From: Terriglobia bacterium
GTDB lineage: Bacteria; Acidobacteriota; Terriglobia; 20CM-2-55-15
Length of the DNA: 64,000 nucleotides
NCBI GenBank assembly: GCA_965218585.1
Contig: CBDCLE010000004.1
Coordinates: 128,001-192,000 of the forward strand
Reading direction: 5' to 3'
The notes beneath the pieces were generated by a model. It had not been told where the DNA came from, ran no database searches, and was given only the letters and a program-made list of their open reading frames with translations. This document shows, in pieces, positions 1 through 12,181 of the stretch; position 1 is the stretch's first letter; each line of letters starts with the position of its first letter. Both the position numbers and the translations under genes were made by a program.

Positions 1-336
1 CATCAGGAGAGTGCAGATTGGGATAGACCTCCATTCACCGTCACGACCGAGAAAGGCAGTGAGGAGCTGGAGGATCGGCAGGAGCTGCTTGATTATGTCC
101 TCGTGCTGGGAAGGAAAGCGTTTCAGATCCAGCGGTACAAGGGTCTGGGCGAGATGAACCCGGACCAGCTGTGGGAAACAACGATGGACCCGGAAAAGCG
201 ACGATTGCTACAGGTCCAACTCAGTGACGCTGTAGGAACCGACGAGATATTCAGCATTTTGATGGGTGATGCCGTCGAGCCACGCCGGCAGTTCATCGAA
301 GACAATGCTCTCGACGTGAAGAACCTCGACGTATAG
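1..336 (+). CDS. gyrB: DNA gyrase subunit B, C-terminal part (runs off the window start)
   Basis: Frame open from base 1; [22 protein letters not shown]...[14 protein letters not shown] is the conserved GyrB C-terminus; directly upstream of gyrA. Confidence 0.97.
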   Translation, partial: HQESADWDRPPFTVTTEKGSEELEDRQELLDYVLVLGRKAFQIQRYKGLGEMNPDQLWETTMDPEKRRLLQVQLSDAVGTDEIFSILMGDAVEPRRQFIEDNALDVKNLDV

Positions 337-392
337 ATCAATGCGGCATCTGCGTAATCAACTTCAATCCGTGACGTCGGTGTAACAAAACG

Positions 393-2873
393 ATGGCAGA
401 CGAGAACACACCCTCAGGGCAGAATCACGTCCCGGTAAATATCGAAGACGAGATGCGTCGGTCGTATCTCGATTACGCGATGAGCGTGATCATTGGCCGC
501 GCGTTGCCGGACGTGCGCGATGGCCTGAAGCCGGTACACCGCAGGATTCTGTACGGCATGCGCGGCATGGGCCTGGCATCGAACCGACCTTACAGAAAGT
601 GCGCCAAGATCGTTGGCGAGGTCATGGGGAACTACCACCCCCACGGCGACAGCGCCATATACGACTCAGTTGTTCGAATGGCGCAGCACTTTTCCTGCCG
701 CTATCCGCTGGTGGACGGACAGGGCAATTTCGGTTCGGTTGACGGCGACCCTCCGGCCGCAATGCGTTACACCGAGGCGCGGATGGAAGCGCTATCCGAG
801 GCACTGCTCGAGGACATCGATAATGACACCGTCGACTTTGTTCCGACCTATGATGAGTCTTCCGAGGAGCCGTCCTTTCTCCCCGCCAGGGTTCCCGGAC
901 TGCTGGTTAACGGATCGGGCGGAATTGCGGTCGGCATGGCCACAAACATGCCCCCGCACAACCTGACGGAAATCTGCAGCGCCGTCATTCACATGATCAA
1001 CAAGAAGAGCGCGACCTATGAAGAGATTGCCGCGCTTGTTCCCGGCCCCGACTTTCCCACAGCGGGATTTATCTACGGACGGAGTGGCATCCAGAGAGCA
1101 TACCGCGAAGGGCGTGGACAGATCACAATGCGGGCGCGAGCGACGATCGAACCCATGGTAGGGAAGGAGCGCCACGCGATCCTCATTACGGAGATTCCAT
1201 ACCAGGTCAACAAGGCGCGGCTCATCGAAAAGATTGCGGAACTGGTGCAGAGCAAGCGGGTGGAGGGGATATCGGATATTCGCGATGAAAGCGATCGCGA
1301 CGGCGTTCGCGTTGTTGTTGAGCTCAAGCGTGGCGAACAGCCGACGATCATCCTGAACAAGTTGTACAAATTGACGCCGATGCAAACGACTTTCGGCGTG
1401 ATCAATCTGGCGATCGTCAACGGGCAACCGCGCGTCCTGACCTTGATGCAGCTGTTGCGGCATTTCATCGACCACAGGATCGACGTCGTTCGCCGCCGGA
1501 CACAGTTCCTTCTGCGCCAGGCCGAAGAGCGGGCCCATCTGCTGGAAGGTCTTCAGACAGCGCTGGACCACATTGACGAGGTCATCAAGCTAATCCGTGC
1601 GGCAAAGACGCCTCCCGAGGCGAAAGACAGATTGATGGCGCAATTTGAATTCAGCGACCGTCAGGCGAAAGCGATTCTGGAGATGCAGCTTCAACGCCTC
1701 ACGAACCTGGAGCGGCAGAAGATTGAAGATGAGCTGAAAGACCTCATGGAAAAGATCGCGGATTACAACGAGATCCTTGCCAACGAGAACCGGTTACGCC
1801 AGGTGATTGTTAAGGAGTTGCGCGAAGTACAGAAGAAGTTTGGGGACGAACGCCGGACCGAGATCATCGACGAAGAAGCCGAGCTGAGCATCGAGGATCT
1901 CATCGCCGACGAAGACGTCGTGATCACGCTGAGCCACACCGGCTATATCAAACGCACGCAGCTTGCGATCTACAGAAACCAGGGCCGTGGCGGCAAGGGG
2001 CGAATTGGAATGAAAACCCGCGAAGAAGACGTCGTCACCAACATGTATGTGGCCAGCACGCACAGCTACATGTTGGTGTTCACGAATCGCGGGAAACTGC
2101 ATTGGCTGAAGGTCTATGAGATTCCTGATGTGGGTGCCAACGGAAGAGGAAAAGCAATCGTCAACCTCGTCAACATAGCGCCCGGCGATAAAGTTGCTGC
2201 CGTTGTTTCAGTGAAGGGATTCGAAGACGCAGCTTCCGTCGTGATGGCGACACGGCAGGGCCAGGTCAAGAAAACGGCACTGGCGGCGTTCAGCAATCCG
2301 TCTTCGCGCGGCATCATCGCGATGAACCTGCCAGACGAGGATGAACTGATAGCGGCCCAACTCATCACGGACAATGAGAGCATCGTTATCGGAACGCACA
2401 AGGGGCTCTCGATACGGTTCGGCAAGGACGACGTCCGCCAGATGGGCCGTACCGCATACGGTGTTCGTGGCATCCGACTGGTCAAAGACGACTATGTCGT
2501 CGGTATGATTGCCGCAGACGAGGAAGGCATGATCCTGAGTGTCACCGAACGCGGCTTCGGTAAGCGGACCAAGATCGCTGAATACCGGACGCAGACCCGG
2601 GGCGGGAAAGGGATCATCAACGTGAAAACGACGAAGCGAAACGGGAAGGTTGTCGCGATCATGCAGGTCACGGATGATTCGGGCCTGCTGATCATTACCG
2701 CGCAAGGAAAACTCATCCGCGTCAAGGCCTCCGGCATCCGACGGGTGGGCCGCAGCTCTCAAGGCGTGAAGCTTATCGATATACCCACCGAAGACCGCGT
2801 GGCAGCGGCGACCCTGGTCGAGAGTGAGAAGGTAGAAGATTTACCGTTGGAGCCGGAAGAGACGATCCACTAA
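393..2873 (+). CDS. gyrA: DNA gyrase subunit A
   Basis: 826 aa; [33 protein letters not shown] (catalytic Tyr), GyrA-box-like QGRGGKG, beta-pinwheel repeats. Confidence 0.98.
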   Translation: MADENTPSGQNHVPVNIEDEMRRSYLDYAMSVIIGRALPDVRDGLKPVHRRILYGMRGMGLASNRPYRKCAKIVGEVMGNYHPHGDSAIYDSVVRMAQHFSCRYPLVDGQGNFGSVDGDPPAAMRYTEARMEALSEALLEDIDNDTVDFVPTYDESSEEPSFLPARVPGLLVNGSGGIAVGMATNMPPHNLTEICSAVIHMINKKSATYEEIAALVPGPDFPTAGFIYGRSGIQRAYREGRGQITMRARATIEPMVGKERHAILITEIPYQVNKARLIEKIAELVQSKRVEGISDIRDESDRDGVRVVVELKRGEQPTIILNKLYKLTPMQTTFGVINLAIVNGQPRVLTLMQLLRHFIDHRIDVVRRRTQFLLRQAEERAHLLEGLQTALDHIDEVIKLIRAAKTPPEAKDRLMAQFEFSDRQAKAILEMQLQRLTNLERQKIEDELKDLMEKIADYNEILANENRLRQVIVKELREVQKKFGDERRTEIIDEEAELSIEDLIADEDVVITLSHTGYIKRTQLAIYRNQGRGGKGRIGMKTREEDVVTNMYVASTHSYMLVFTNRGKLHWLKVYEIPDVGANGRGKAIVNLVNIAPGDKVAAVVSVKGFEDAASVVMATRQGQVKKTALAAFSNPSSRGIIAMNLPDEDELIAAQLITDNESIVIGTHKGLSIRFGKDDVRQMGRTAYGVRGIRLVKDDYVVGMIAADEEGMILSVTERGFGKRTKIAEYRTQTRGGKGIINVKTTKRNGKVVAIMQVTDDSGLLIITAQGKLIRVKASGIRRVGRSSQGVKLIDIPTEDRVAAATLVESEKVEDLPLEPEETIH

Positions 2874-2898
2874 ATCAGTCCCTTTCGCGGGGCCTTTC

Positions 2899-3780
2899 GT
2901 GCCCCCAGCCGTGACTGCTACAATAGCCGCCGCCGTGGCTAAGACTAAGATCTCAGTTGTTCAGTACCTTAACTCGGCCCCCCTTGCATGGGGCATTCTC
3001 GAAGGTCCGCAGAAAGAGGAGTTCGACGCCGTTTTCTCGACTCCTGCTGAATGCGCGGCCCAGCTGGCCTCGGGCGAGGTCGATCTGGGACTGATCCCAT
3101 CGATCGAGTACCAGCGAATTCCGGGAGCTCGAATCGTTGCGGGTCCCGCGATCGCATCGCACAGTCGGGCCCTCAGCGTGATCCTGCTGAGCCTGGTTCC
3201 CTTGTTCCGTATTCGGTCGGTGGCCCACGACAGTGCTTCGCGGGCCTCGGTCGCCCTGACGCAGGTGATCCTGAACGAATTTTATGGAAATAAACCCGAG
3301 TTCAAGCCTGGGGACCCGGACGCGGCCTCTCTGCTCGCCGACAGCGATGCCGCGCTCCTGATTGGGGATGCCGCGCTCCGTTATCGGTTCGAAAACCAGC
3401 TCCCGAGCGCCGAAGGCCAGAAGGGGTTGATACGGCAGGGTGCCGAGCCCGTGCAGACGTTCGACCTCATGGAACGCTGGCACAACTTGACAGGGTTGCC
3501 GTTCGTTTTTGCATGCTGGGCAGCGAGAAAGGGATTCACTGATTCGACGGTTGGGGAGAAGCTTGTCGCCTCGCGGAGTTTCGGGCTGGAAAACCTTGAC
3601 ACGATAGCGGAGCGCTATACCGAGAAGCTTGGCATGGACAAGGCGTTCCTCCTTGAGTACCTGCACAAGAACATGGACTATCATATGGGTTCGGACGCTG
3701 TTGCCGCGCTGGGCCTGTTTTATGAGATGGCGTCCCGTGCGGGAGCGCTCAAGACAACTCGGGGCATTGAATTCCTGTGA
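2899..3780 (+). CDS. mqnA: Chorismate dehydratase MqnA (futalosine menaquinone pathway)
   Basis: SVVQYLNSAPL, SRASVAL, LLIGDAAL, WHNLTGLPFVFACW motifs of the MqnA/MqnD family; overlaps the start of mqnC. Confidence 0.88.
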   Translation: MPPAVTATIAAAVAKTKISVVQYLNSAPLAWGILEGPQKEEFDAVFSTPAECAAQLASGEVDLGLIPSIEYQRIPGARIVAGPAIASHSRALSVILLSLVPLFRIRSVAHDSASRASVALTQVILNEFYGNKPEFKPGDPDAASLLADSDAALLIGDAALRYRFENQLPSAEGQKGLIRQGAEPVQTFDLMERWHNLTGLPFVFACWAARKGFTDSTVGEKLVASRSFGLENLDTIAERYTEKLGMDKAFLLEYLHKNMDYHMGSDAVAALGLFYEMASRAGALKTTRGIEFL

Positions 3781-4850
3781 AAGCCTGTTCAGAAATATTG
3801 AAATCGGCTGTTGGTGGAAACCGTGTTTCAGACAGCGAAGCCACCCAGCTTTTCCTCGAGGCCGATCTTCTGGAACTGGGAGAAGCCGCGGATTCGATTC
3901 GTCGCCAACGCGACCGGGAAGTGATCAGCTACATCATCGACCGGAATATCAATTACACGAATGTATGTAACGAATACTGTTCCTTCTGTGCGTTCTATCG
4001 CCCGGAGGGGCACCCGGAAGCGTATGTTCTGGCCAATGAAGATATTTACCAGAAGATTCAGGAGACTGTAGACCGTGGCGGGACGGGCATCCTCATGCAG
4101 GGCGGGGTTCATCCCGACTTGAAAATCGAATACTACGAAGAACTGCTCAGCGGGATGCGCGAACGCTTCCCCGAGATCCAACGCCATTGTTTCTCGCCCC
4201 CCGAGATTCTCAATATCGCTCGTGTTTCCAACTTGACAGTCTCGGAAACGTTTCGGCGCCTGATCGCGGCCGGGCTTGACTCGATGCCTGGCGGAGGCGG
4301 GGAGATTCTCGACGACGAGATTCGACAGCGCATCAGCCCGCTCAAATGCACCACTGAGGACTGGCTGCTGGTGCACCGTCTGGCTCACAAGCAGGGATTG
4401 CGGACGACAGCCACCATGATGGTCGGCGTCGGGGAAACGATCGAGCACCGTATCCGTCACCTTCGAAGGCTGAGGGACCTTCAGGATGAAACCGGCGGGT
4501 TCACCGCCTTCATTCCCTGGACGTTTCAGAAGGACAATACGCCTCTCGGCGAACGAAATATGCCTGAGGTTACGCCCGCCGAGTACTTGCGATTGCTGGC
4601 GTTGTGCCGAATCTACTTCGATAACATAGACAACCTTCAGGTGTCCTGGCTCACGGTCGGTTTGAAGCTGGGCTCGATCGCGCTGAGGTTCGGGGTGAAC
4701 GACATGGGCAGCATCATGATCGAGGAAAACGTCATCAGTGCTGCCGGTGCGAATCACTGGGCTACCGACGAAGAACTCCGCCGCATCATCACGGACGCAG
4801 GATTTACCCCCCGACAGCGAACAACGCTGTACGAACGCTACGTGAACTAG
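3777..4850 (+). CDS. mqnC: Cyclic dehypoxanthinyl futalosine synthase (radical SAM)
   Basis: IDRNINYTNVCNEYCSFCAFYR (CxxxCxxC), SMPGGGGEIL, TGGFTAFIPW, DMGSIMIEENV. Confidence 0.9.
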   Translation: MKACSEILKSAVGGNRVSDSEATQLFLEADLLELGEAADSIRRQRDREVISYIIDRNINYTNVCNEYCSFCAFYRPEGHPEAYVLANEDIYQKIQETVDRGGTGILMQGGVHPDLKIEYYEELLSGMRERFPEIQRHCFSPPEILNIARVSNLTVSETFRRLIAAGLDSMPGGGGEILDDEIRQRISPLKCTTEDWLLVHRLAHKQGLRTTATMMVGVGETIEHRIRHLRRLRDLQDETGGFTAFIPWTFQKDNTPLGERNMPEVTPAEYLRLLALCRIYFDNIDNLQVSWLTVGLKLGSIALRFGVNDMGSIMIEENVISAAGANHWATDEELRRIITDAGFTPRQRTTLYERYVN

Positions 4851-4939
4851 TAATCAGTTTTCGGCAATCAGCTTCCTCGGATGGGATGATTGTCCCGTTT
4901 CCGAAGGCCGATGCCCGGCGGCCTCTTAAGGAGAGTCAG

Positions 4940-5549
4940 TTGGAATACGTCAACCTGGGAACGACAGGGCTCAAAGTCTCCCGGTTATGCCTGGGGACAA
5001 TGACCTATGGTTCTCGAAACTGGAGAGAGTGGGTTCTGGAAGAGGAAGAGAGCCAGCCCTTCATCCAGAAGGCTCTGGAGTTGGGGATCAACTTCATCGA
5101 TACAGCCGACATGTACTCCGACGGTCGCAGCGAGGAAATTCTCGGGCGTGCGCTGAAGGACTTCGGCCCCTCCCGCGATCGTGTTGTCATAGGGACGAAG
5201 GTGTACCTGCCGATGGGGAGCGACCCCAACCAGCGCGGCCTATCGCGCAAACACATCATTCATTCCATCGACGACAGCCTTCGGCGTCTGGGAACTGACT
5301 ATATCGACCTCTACCAGATTCACCGGTTTGACGAGCAGACGCCGGTAGAGGAAACGATTCGCGTCCTGGAAGACCTTGTAAGAGCCGGGAAAGTTCTCTA
5401 TCTGGGAGCCTCGAGCATGATGGCCTGGCAGTTCGCGAAGATGCTCTACGTCGCCGACAAAATGGGCGCTCCCCGCTTTGTGGCTATGCAGAACCATTAC
5501 AACGTTGTTTACAGGGAAGAGGAGCGGGAAATGATGCCCCTCTGCGTAG
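4940..5549 (+). pseudogene. Aldo/keto reductase, 3'-truncated by an IS701-family element
   Basis: RBS AAGGAG before TTG at 4940; LCLGTM, FIDTADMY, YIDLYQIHR, MQNHYN motifs; sequence switches to the IS end right after EEEREMMPLCV; the C-terminal half is not found in the window. Confidence 0.9.
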
Positions 5550-6451
5550 TACTACTGTGTTACAAACGGCCTATTTATATGTTAGCATCCGGTCATGAGC
5601 GCCAAATCGAAGGCGCCAGGCACTCAGGAAAAACGTTTTGCGGCCTATTTGGAACGCCTGGCGTCGGCCGCAGGACACGCCGATCGTCATGAACCGTTGA
5701 AGTCGTACTGCACCGGGTTGTTGCTGCCGATCAAACGTAAGAGTGTGGAGCCGATGGCTGCACGATTGGCTCCGGATAATGTACGCTGCGGACGGACACC
5801 GATCCGCATGCAGCGCAACAAGAAACATCAACCGGTTTCGGTCAAGCAACTGGCCCTCTCGTTGTCTCCCCAGCGTTGGAAGAACGTCTCCTGGCGCGAA
5901 GGCACCTCCGAGACCCTGCGTTCCCGTTTCGCCGCAGTTCGCATTCGTCCCGCTCATCTGGATCACGAGCGCCACTCGCCGCATCCGAAAGAGTGGTTGT
6001 TGGTCGAGTGGCCCAAGACCGCATCCGAACCGATCCGGTACTGGCTCTCCACTCTTGGGGCCCATACCTCGCTTTCCGATCTGGCCGGTCAGGCCAAACA
6101 GCGCTGGATCATCGAACGCGACTATCAGGAACTCAAGCAGGAACTCGGTCTGGGACACTACGAAGGTCGCGGCTGGCGTGGATTTCACCATCATGGCACC
6201 TTATGTATTGCCTCTTATGGGTTCCTGGTCGCCGAGCGGAGCCGTTTTTCCCCCTCTGCATTTGTCGAGCATGTTGGACTATCCGTCCCCAAACTCCCCA
6301 AACACTTCAAACCCCGCGGAACCCCGGATCCGGCCCGAACGACATAACCCCTGCTCGATTGCCACGCTTCGCATTCGCATCGCCCGCTTCCTGATTCAGC
6401 AGCTTCCTCGTTGTCCGTTCTGTGGACCGCTTCGTTTGTAACACAGTAGTA
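5550..6451 (+). mobile_element. IS701-family element, internally deleted derivative
   Basis: 19-bp terminal IR TACTACTGTGTTACAAACG; GTAG on both flanks; 250-aa ORF (5595-6347) equals the 439-aa transposase at 46898-48217 minus 189 codons, including the IVDDTG catalytic motif. Confidence 0.9.
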
Positions 6452-6455
6452 GTAG

Positions 6456-6664
6456 GCGGCCGAGGACAGATAGAGCCGGAGTTGATTGGCGCGCATGGTT
6501 GCCGCGCTGGTCCGGTCGGCGAATAGATCCAACTGCTGTTCCTTGATGCGATTTTCCATATCGCCCCGCGCACAGTAAAAGTCTTCATAGAGGGCGCGGG
6601 CGTCCAGGCGTTCCGGCGACAGTGAGGTCACAACGAATCGAGGATTGGCGCCTTTCTCCAGGTG
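6456..6664 (-). pseudogene. IS1380-family transposase fragment
   Basis: KGANPRFVVTSL...YCARGDMENRIKEQQLDLFADRTSAATMRANQLRL is typical of IS1380 transposases. Confidence 0.85.
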
Positions 6665-7050
6665 AGCCGGTGTTGTGGGAGAGCACCGTTGAGTTGGGTC
6701 TGGACTTCTTCAACGAGATCATCCAACATCCGGTGCCGGTTGACATGAACATTCTCTACACTCTCAAGCGGTCGCCATTGGGTCTTGACCTGTACATGTG
6801 GCTCGTGTATCGAGTTTTTTCGTTGCGGGGTCCGCTGCGGCTGTCCTGGCGGGCACTTTATCGGCAGTTCGGGGCCGAGCCGACTAAGGCGGATGACAAC
6901 GTTACCGTTCAGAGATTTCGGAAGGACTGCCTGCGCGAGTTGAAGAAAATCAAAATTGCTTGGCCCGGGCTGGATTATAGAACTGCAAAGGGTGTGCTGA
7001 TCCTCTCGCCGTCCGAACCGTTGGTTCCACGCCTCACGCGCCTCAAGTAG
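6665..7050 (+). pseudogene. repA: Plasmid replication initiator RepA (RepA_C-type), C-terminal fragment
   Basis: EPVLWESTVELGLDFFNEIIQHPVPVDM..LKRSPLGLDLYMWLVYR..LSWRALYRQFG matches the RepA_C pattern; followed by iterons. Confidence 0.82.
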
Positions 7051-7119
7051 CGTCCTCTTTTGATTGAGGGTTATAGCCCTCCTGTCCCTGTGGACCTCTC
7101 AAGCTGCAATTGGTTCTTT

Positions 7120-7290
7120 CAACAATAGCCGTCGCTCTTCACTACTTGCTAGAAATTATTTGCTCTTATTACTTGTAGGGTGACGTGTTTCAGCGGAGAT
7201 TTTCAGTCTGTTGTGACGTGTTTCAGCGGAAAATAAGTGACGTGTTTCAGCGTGGAAAACCCCACGAAATCACAGGATTCTGTGGAAAAA
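7120..7290. repeat. Putative plasmid oriV: AT-rich tract, three 16-bp iterons and a DnaA-box-like motif
   Basis: GTGACGTGTTTCAGCG exact at 7180, 7213 and 7237; AT-rich ~7140-7175; TGTGGAAAA at ~7281 (reverse complement TTTTCCACA). Confidence 0.8.
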
Positions 7291-7545
7291 GGGCCGATAG
7301 GGCAGAGTCGGCGCAGATGCTCAAGGACAAGGACTTGTAGCGGCTTTGGAGGTGCTGGGGGGCGAAGTCTGGGAGCCGTTTGCGCGCAACAATCAGATCG
7401 CTCCCTCCGCGCCCGGTCTGGGCCTATGAGATCGGCCAGGCCGATCCTCGACTCGTCCGCTGGCCAATGCGATCGAACAGTCCCCTTGACCTCGCTGTGG
7501 CTCGCGGTCGCTGCTGTCCAAACAAGTGTCTATGGTTTCGAATTC

Positions 7546-8858
<1,313 letters not shown>

Positions 8859-8911
8859 TTCCGCGAAGTCGGTGCTCCGGACGGCGAGCAGATCGTTCAG
8901 CCGTGCAATCT

Positions 8912-8942
8912 GTTTCAATCCACGCCCCGCACGCGGGACGAC
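8912..8942 (-). CRISPR. Solitary type I-C-like CRISPR repeat (no array)
   Basis: Minus strand reads GTCGTCCCGCGTGCGGGGCGTGGATTGAAAC: GTCG 5' end, internal hairpin and ATTGAAAC 3' handle; no second copy and no cas genes in the window. Confidence 0.6.
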
Positions 8943-9285
8943 ATCAGGTGGGCCAAACCGTGACACTCACACAATCGAAGTCCCGGCCGCCGATCAGCCA
9001 CACGCCCAACTGCTCATCGATGTGGACAGCCTCAAAACAGCACACCACGCCTTGCTCGATTCCCAATAGGCACACGATCCCATTCGGCGCTTCCATTCCC
9101 AATTGCTACCCGCGCCACCCCCGCCGGCCAACCGCATCCACAGTCTGCAAAAAACCCGATCTGCCGCTGCGGTGCCACGCCGTTGCCATGGTACTGGCTA
9201 CGCCCCCCCACCAACGCATAAGTCAGGCGATCCTGGAACAGGAAAAGACCCCGGAAAAGTTTCAAGAGCCTTCTCTTGCAGGAGT

Positions 9286-9573
9286 TCATTTTGGGAGTAG
9301 TCCTAACAGTTCCCGGTCTTCGGGCTTCGACAGGAAGCCATCGAGATCCTGCAGCATGGCCTCTTTCGCTTCAGGGTCAGAACTGAATTTCCGCATCATG
9401 CAATGACCTAGAAGTTCCGCTCGGCGTTGATCCAGCTTGCGGTGTTCCTCCCGGAGCTGTTTCTTAACGGTACGGAGTTTTTTCTTGAGCGCATCCTACT
9501 CGTTTTTTTGCCGCTCGAGCAGCTTCCTTTCCTCCGCCAAAAGTTCGGCGAGTTGCTTATCGGTATTCGACAT
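9286..9573 (-). pseudogene. MobC/MobS-like plasmid mobilisation accessory protein with a premature stop
   Basis: Not in the ORF track; RBS AAGGAG; MSNTDKQLAELLAEERKLLERQKNE*DALKKKL...RKLDQRRAELLG...LDGFLSKPEDRELLGLLPK; coiled coil plus LD.FL..P.DR.L.GL tail typical of MobC-like proteins; in-frame TAG at 9496-9498. Confidence 0.65.
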
Positions 9574-10283
9574 TTCTTCTCCTTGAATGTGTTCCAGGAC
9601 AGGAGGCCGGAATCACTACACTCCAACCTTGATTGACTGCCGCTTCCCTTCCGTTAATCAGCCTATCCCCATCATCGCCCAGTTTGGATTCGGACAATGA
9701 CCGGGTTGTCCGGAAGCCTCATTCCGGCCCGCCCGGCAGCCAAGGAATCCGCCGTCCCACTGGCGCCCGCTCAAGACTCTTCGCCCGCGTCTCTCGCAGC
9801 CGACTCCACACTCAGCCAGTCGTTGGTACCCACTTGAACTTCCGGCGTTCGGCCACCGACGGCCGCGAGTCCAGCGTGACCGCTTCAGTTCCCTCTCGCT
9901 ATGATTCCCTGTCCACGGATCGACTAATTCTCCAGAAACATAGAGGCAGAATCAAAACCCGTCCGCGAGTCCTGTTCGATCCCCCAGCTGATTGCAACCG
10001 CCGTGCTTCGGATGGATTAGAGATGATAGTACGGACCCAGGAATCGGCGCAGGAATCCAGCGGCTACTGGCGGCCCTATTCCCTGCCGCGCAGCCATCCC
10101 GGCCATCGCCACGAGTACATCCGCACCCACGGTCCCTGGATTGCCGGTTCGGGCAGTTCGTGGTGCCGGCAAGCGGCCGGTGAGATCCCCCGGTTTTCCG
10201 TTGTTCGCTTTGACGGGCCGGCGATCCACCGCGCCTAATGTTATCTCGCCATTTTCCCGTAGCCGGGGCTTGTTACGGCGGGG

Positions 10284-10358
10284 ACCGGCGCAGGGGCCGC
10301 AGCCAGACCGCCACACTCGCCCTGGGGGCGTCTGTCACGGCCCCTGCTCTTGGCCGGT
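10284..10358. promoter_or_regulatory. Long GC-rich hairpin upstream of a small plasmid gene (ssi/Frpo-like candidate)
   Basis: GCAGGGGCCG (10290-10299) pairs with CGGCCCCTGC (10338-10347); inner CAGAC/GTCTG and outer ACCGG/CCGGT stems. Confidence 0.45.
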
Positions 10359-10470
10359 TATTCCCCACCTTCCTGCACTCGGCGATGTACCTCCTGGGCG
10401 GGTTTGTCCGGTGCCGCCTGTTCAGTGAGCGACATACGCTCCAAACCCTTAAACCAGGAGGATTCAATCA

Positions 10471-10740
10471 ATGGCTACCCACAACAACTCAAAACCCGCA
10501 GCGGAGCTCAGGATCGGAACCGTCAAGGCGACCGTTTGGGAAAACGAGGTCGGCGGGATCACCCATCACAATGTCAGCTTTTCGCGGATCTACCCCGAGG
10601 GGGGCCAGTGGAAGACCACGCAGAGCTTCCGTTTCGTCAACCTGCTCTCCGTTGCCAAACTCGCCGATCAGGCGCACACGCTCATCGCCGAGCGCAAGGC
10701 CGAGGCGGCCCAGGCGGCTGGCGATAACGAAGCCAGCTAA
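10471..10740 (+). CDS. Small conserved plasmid protein, possible PC4/SpoVG-like nucleic-acid-binding fold
   Basis: Strong RBS AGGAGG; KP..ELRIG.VKATVWEN...HNVSFSRIY..GGQWK.TQSF pattern; followed by a terminator. Confidence 0.65.
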   Translation: MATHNNSKPAAELRIGTVKATVWENEVGGITHHNVSFSRIYPEGGQWKTTQSFRFVNLLSVAKLADQAHTLIAERKAEAAQAAGDNEAS

Positions 10741-10754
10741 GCGCCGCACCTTCC

Positions 10755-10784
10755 GGCGGCGGGTTAAACCCCGTCGCCTTTTTT
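10755..10784 (+). terminator. Rho-independent terminator
   Basis: GGCGGCGGG-loop-CCCGTCGCC followed by TTTTTT, just after the stop at 10740. Confidence 0.75.
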
Positions 10785-11612
10785 CGTGGACGCCGTGCCA
10801 GCCCGAGGACGGCACGCGCTTTCAGAAACGATCACGGCGCAGGATCCTTCAGAAGACTCTGCCATGGAGTGCGTCGCGAAAGGGCGGCACAGCGCAATCT
10901 GAGGCGGGGTTTTTCGCTCGATCCCCGGTAATGTCCCGACGCGCGCGCGGATCGGCGCACCAAATCCGTTTGTTTCCATTGGTATCCCAACGGCCGATCA
11001 TCGTTTCTATCCGGCTGCGCCGGTTGTACCGTTTCAGGGCAATACCGGATCGGGAATCGGCCTTGCAGGAGGCCTCGGCCGCGGACTCGATGAAGATGAT
11101 GGGTGTGGCGTTGGGGCGGATCCGGATGGCTGGAGCACCTGCGGAGCAACTCTCCTGTCAACACCTCTGAGGAGTTTGTGGAGGTGGGGTAATCGGATAC
11201 GGTACGGATAATGGGAAACTATGCAGCTTGAAGGTGTGATAGTACGGACGATTGAAGGCAAGAGTGAGCTGCGGCACCGGGAATACGTTGGTGTGGATGC
11301 TATCGAGAATGATAGTCCGGTGCGGAGACGTCTTTCACGAAGTGACTTCGCGACGGAGCGTGCTTACACGGAGCGGAAAGAGCGAGCCCAAACCTACACC
11401 TATTGTGGCGGGATCATCTCCACCGAAGGGTAAGCGACAGCGCCTAAGCGTTTCGGGGACGCACCCAGTGAGGCGATAATTCCTGCTGAGAGACGATTCT
11501 GAAGCTGGATAAGACTTTTCAAAGGCGAAAACCGGGGATTTAAGCGACTGGGGAGGGTGACCCGTCCGGTCTGGACGCCAAAGGCGGGAAGAACTACAGG
11601 GGGAAGGAGAGC

Positions 11613-12086
11613 ATGGCGAAGCGATCCATCAGTGATTGTCGACGGGCAATTCAAATTGCGCGTGGCCGGGACATGACAACTCTGGGCATGACCGTGACAC
11701 TGGGTGGCGAGCAGATGCTCATCACCGACCTTAGAGTCATAGATAAACAATGGGTCAGCGGAGATCGGCGCTTTACGCCCAAGGAGAAGGAACTTCTGAC
11801 GACGCAGGCGCGGGTCCTCATTGCGGAAGACGAAGCGTTCAGAGCCCGCTTTCGTACCCCGCCAGCGATCTCCATCAAAGAGTGCCAGGAGGCGATTGCG
11901 ATTGCTGGTGGCATTCCCATCACACTCCGTGGTGAGAAGATGTTCATCACCGAACTCAAAACCTATCGGATGAGCAAGTGGGTGAGCGGAGATAGACGCT
12001 TTACGCCCAAGGAGAAAGAGCTTCTAACGAAGCAGGCGAGAGCCATCATTGCGGAACACGCCCCCCTGCCTGCCCCACCAAAATAG
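11613..12086 (+). CDS. Hypothetical protein made of two tandem ~70-aa repeats
   Basis: RBS AAGGAG; WVSGDRRFTPKEKELLT.QAR..IAE occurs twice with mostly synonymous DNA differences. Confidence 0.75.
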   Translation: MAKRSISDCRRAIQIARGRDMTTLGMTVTLGGEQMLITDLRVIDKQWVSGDRRFTPKEKELLTTQARVLIAEDEAFRARFRTPPAISIKECQEAIAIAGGIPITLRGEKMFITELKTYRMSKWVSGDRRFTPKEKELLTKQARAIIAEHAPLPAPPK

Positions 12087-12105
12087 ACCCTGATGGCAGT
12101 AATGG

Positions 12106-12175
12106 TAAAGTTTGAGATATAGTTAGAGTTAACTATAACGTTAAAGTTGACGGCATTTTTTAATGTACGTATGCT
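12106..12175 (+). promoter_or_regulatory. parS-like TAnnGTT repeats overlapping a sigma70 promoter of parA
   Basis: TAAAGTT, TATAGTT, TAGAGTT, TAACGTT, TAAAGTT in 12106-12148; TTGACG (12147)-17 nt-TATGCT (12170), 6 nt before the ATG. Confidence 0.65.
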
Positions 12176-12181
12176 ATTGCC

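Noticed and set aside
414-4757. Long antisense ORFs over gyrA, mqnA and mqnC (and similarly over transposases and hydrolases)
   Set aside because: Expected shadow ORFs of GC-rich coding sequence with no independent evidence.
7180-7252. Three direct repeats as a CRISPR array
   Set aside because: 16-bp units with 8- and 17-nt gaps next to repA fit iterons.
9633-11479. Long ORFs 9633-10238, 10238-11170 and 11221-11479
   Set aside because: No recognisable motifs, Arg/Ser/Pro-rich shadow-frame composition, and overlap with a better-supported small gene.
11751-12060. Repeat pair as a diversity-generating retroelement TR/VR (8 of 12 mismatches are A in copy 2)
   Set aside because: Both copies lie in one ORF, most changes are synonymous, four mismatches are not at A, and there is no reverse transcriptase in the window.
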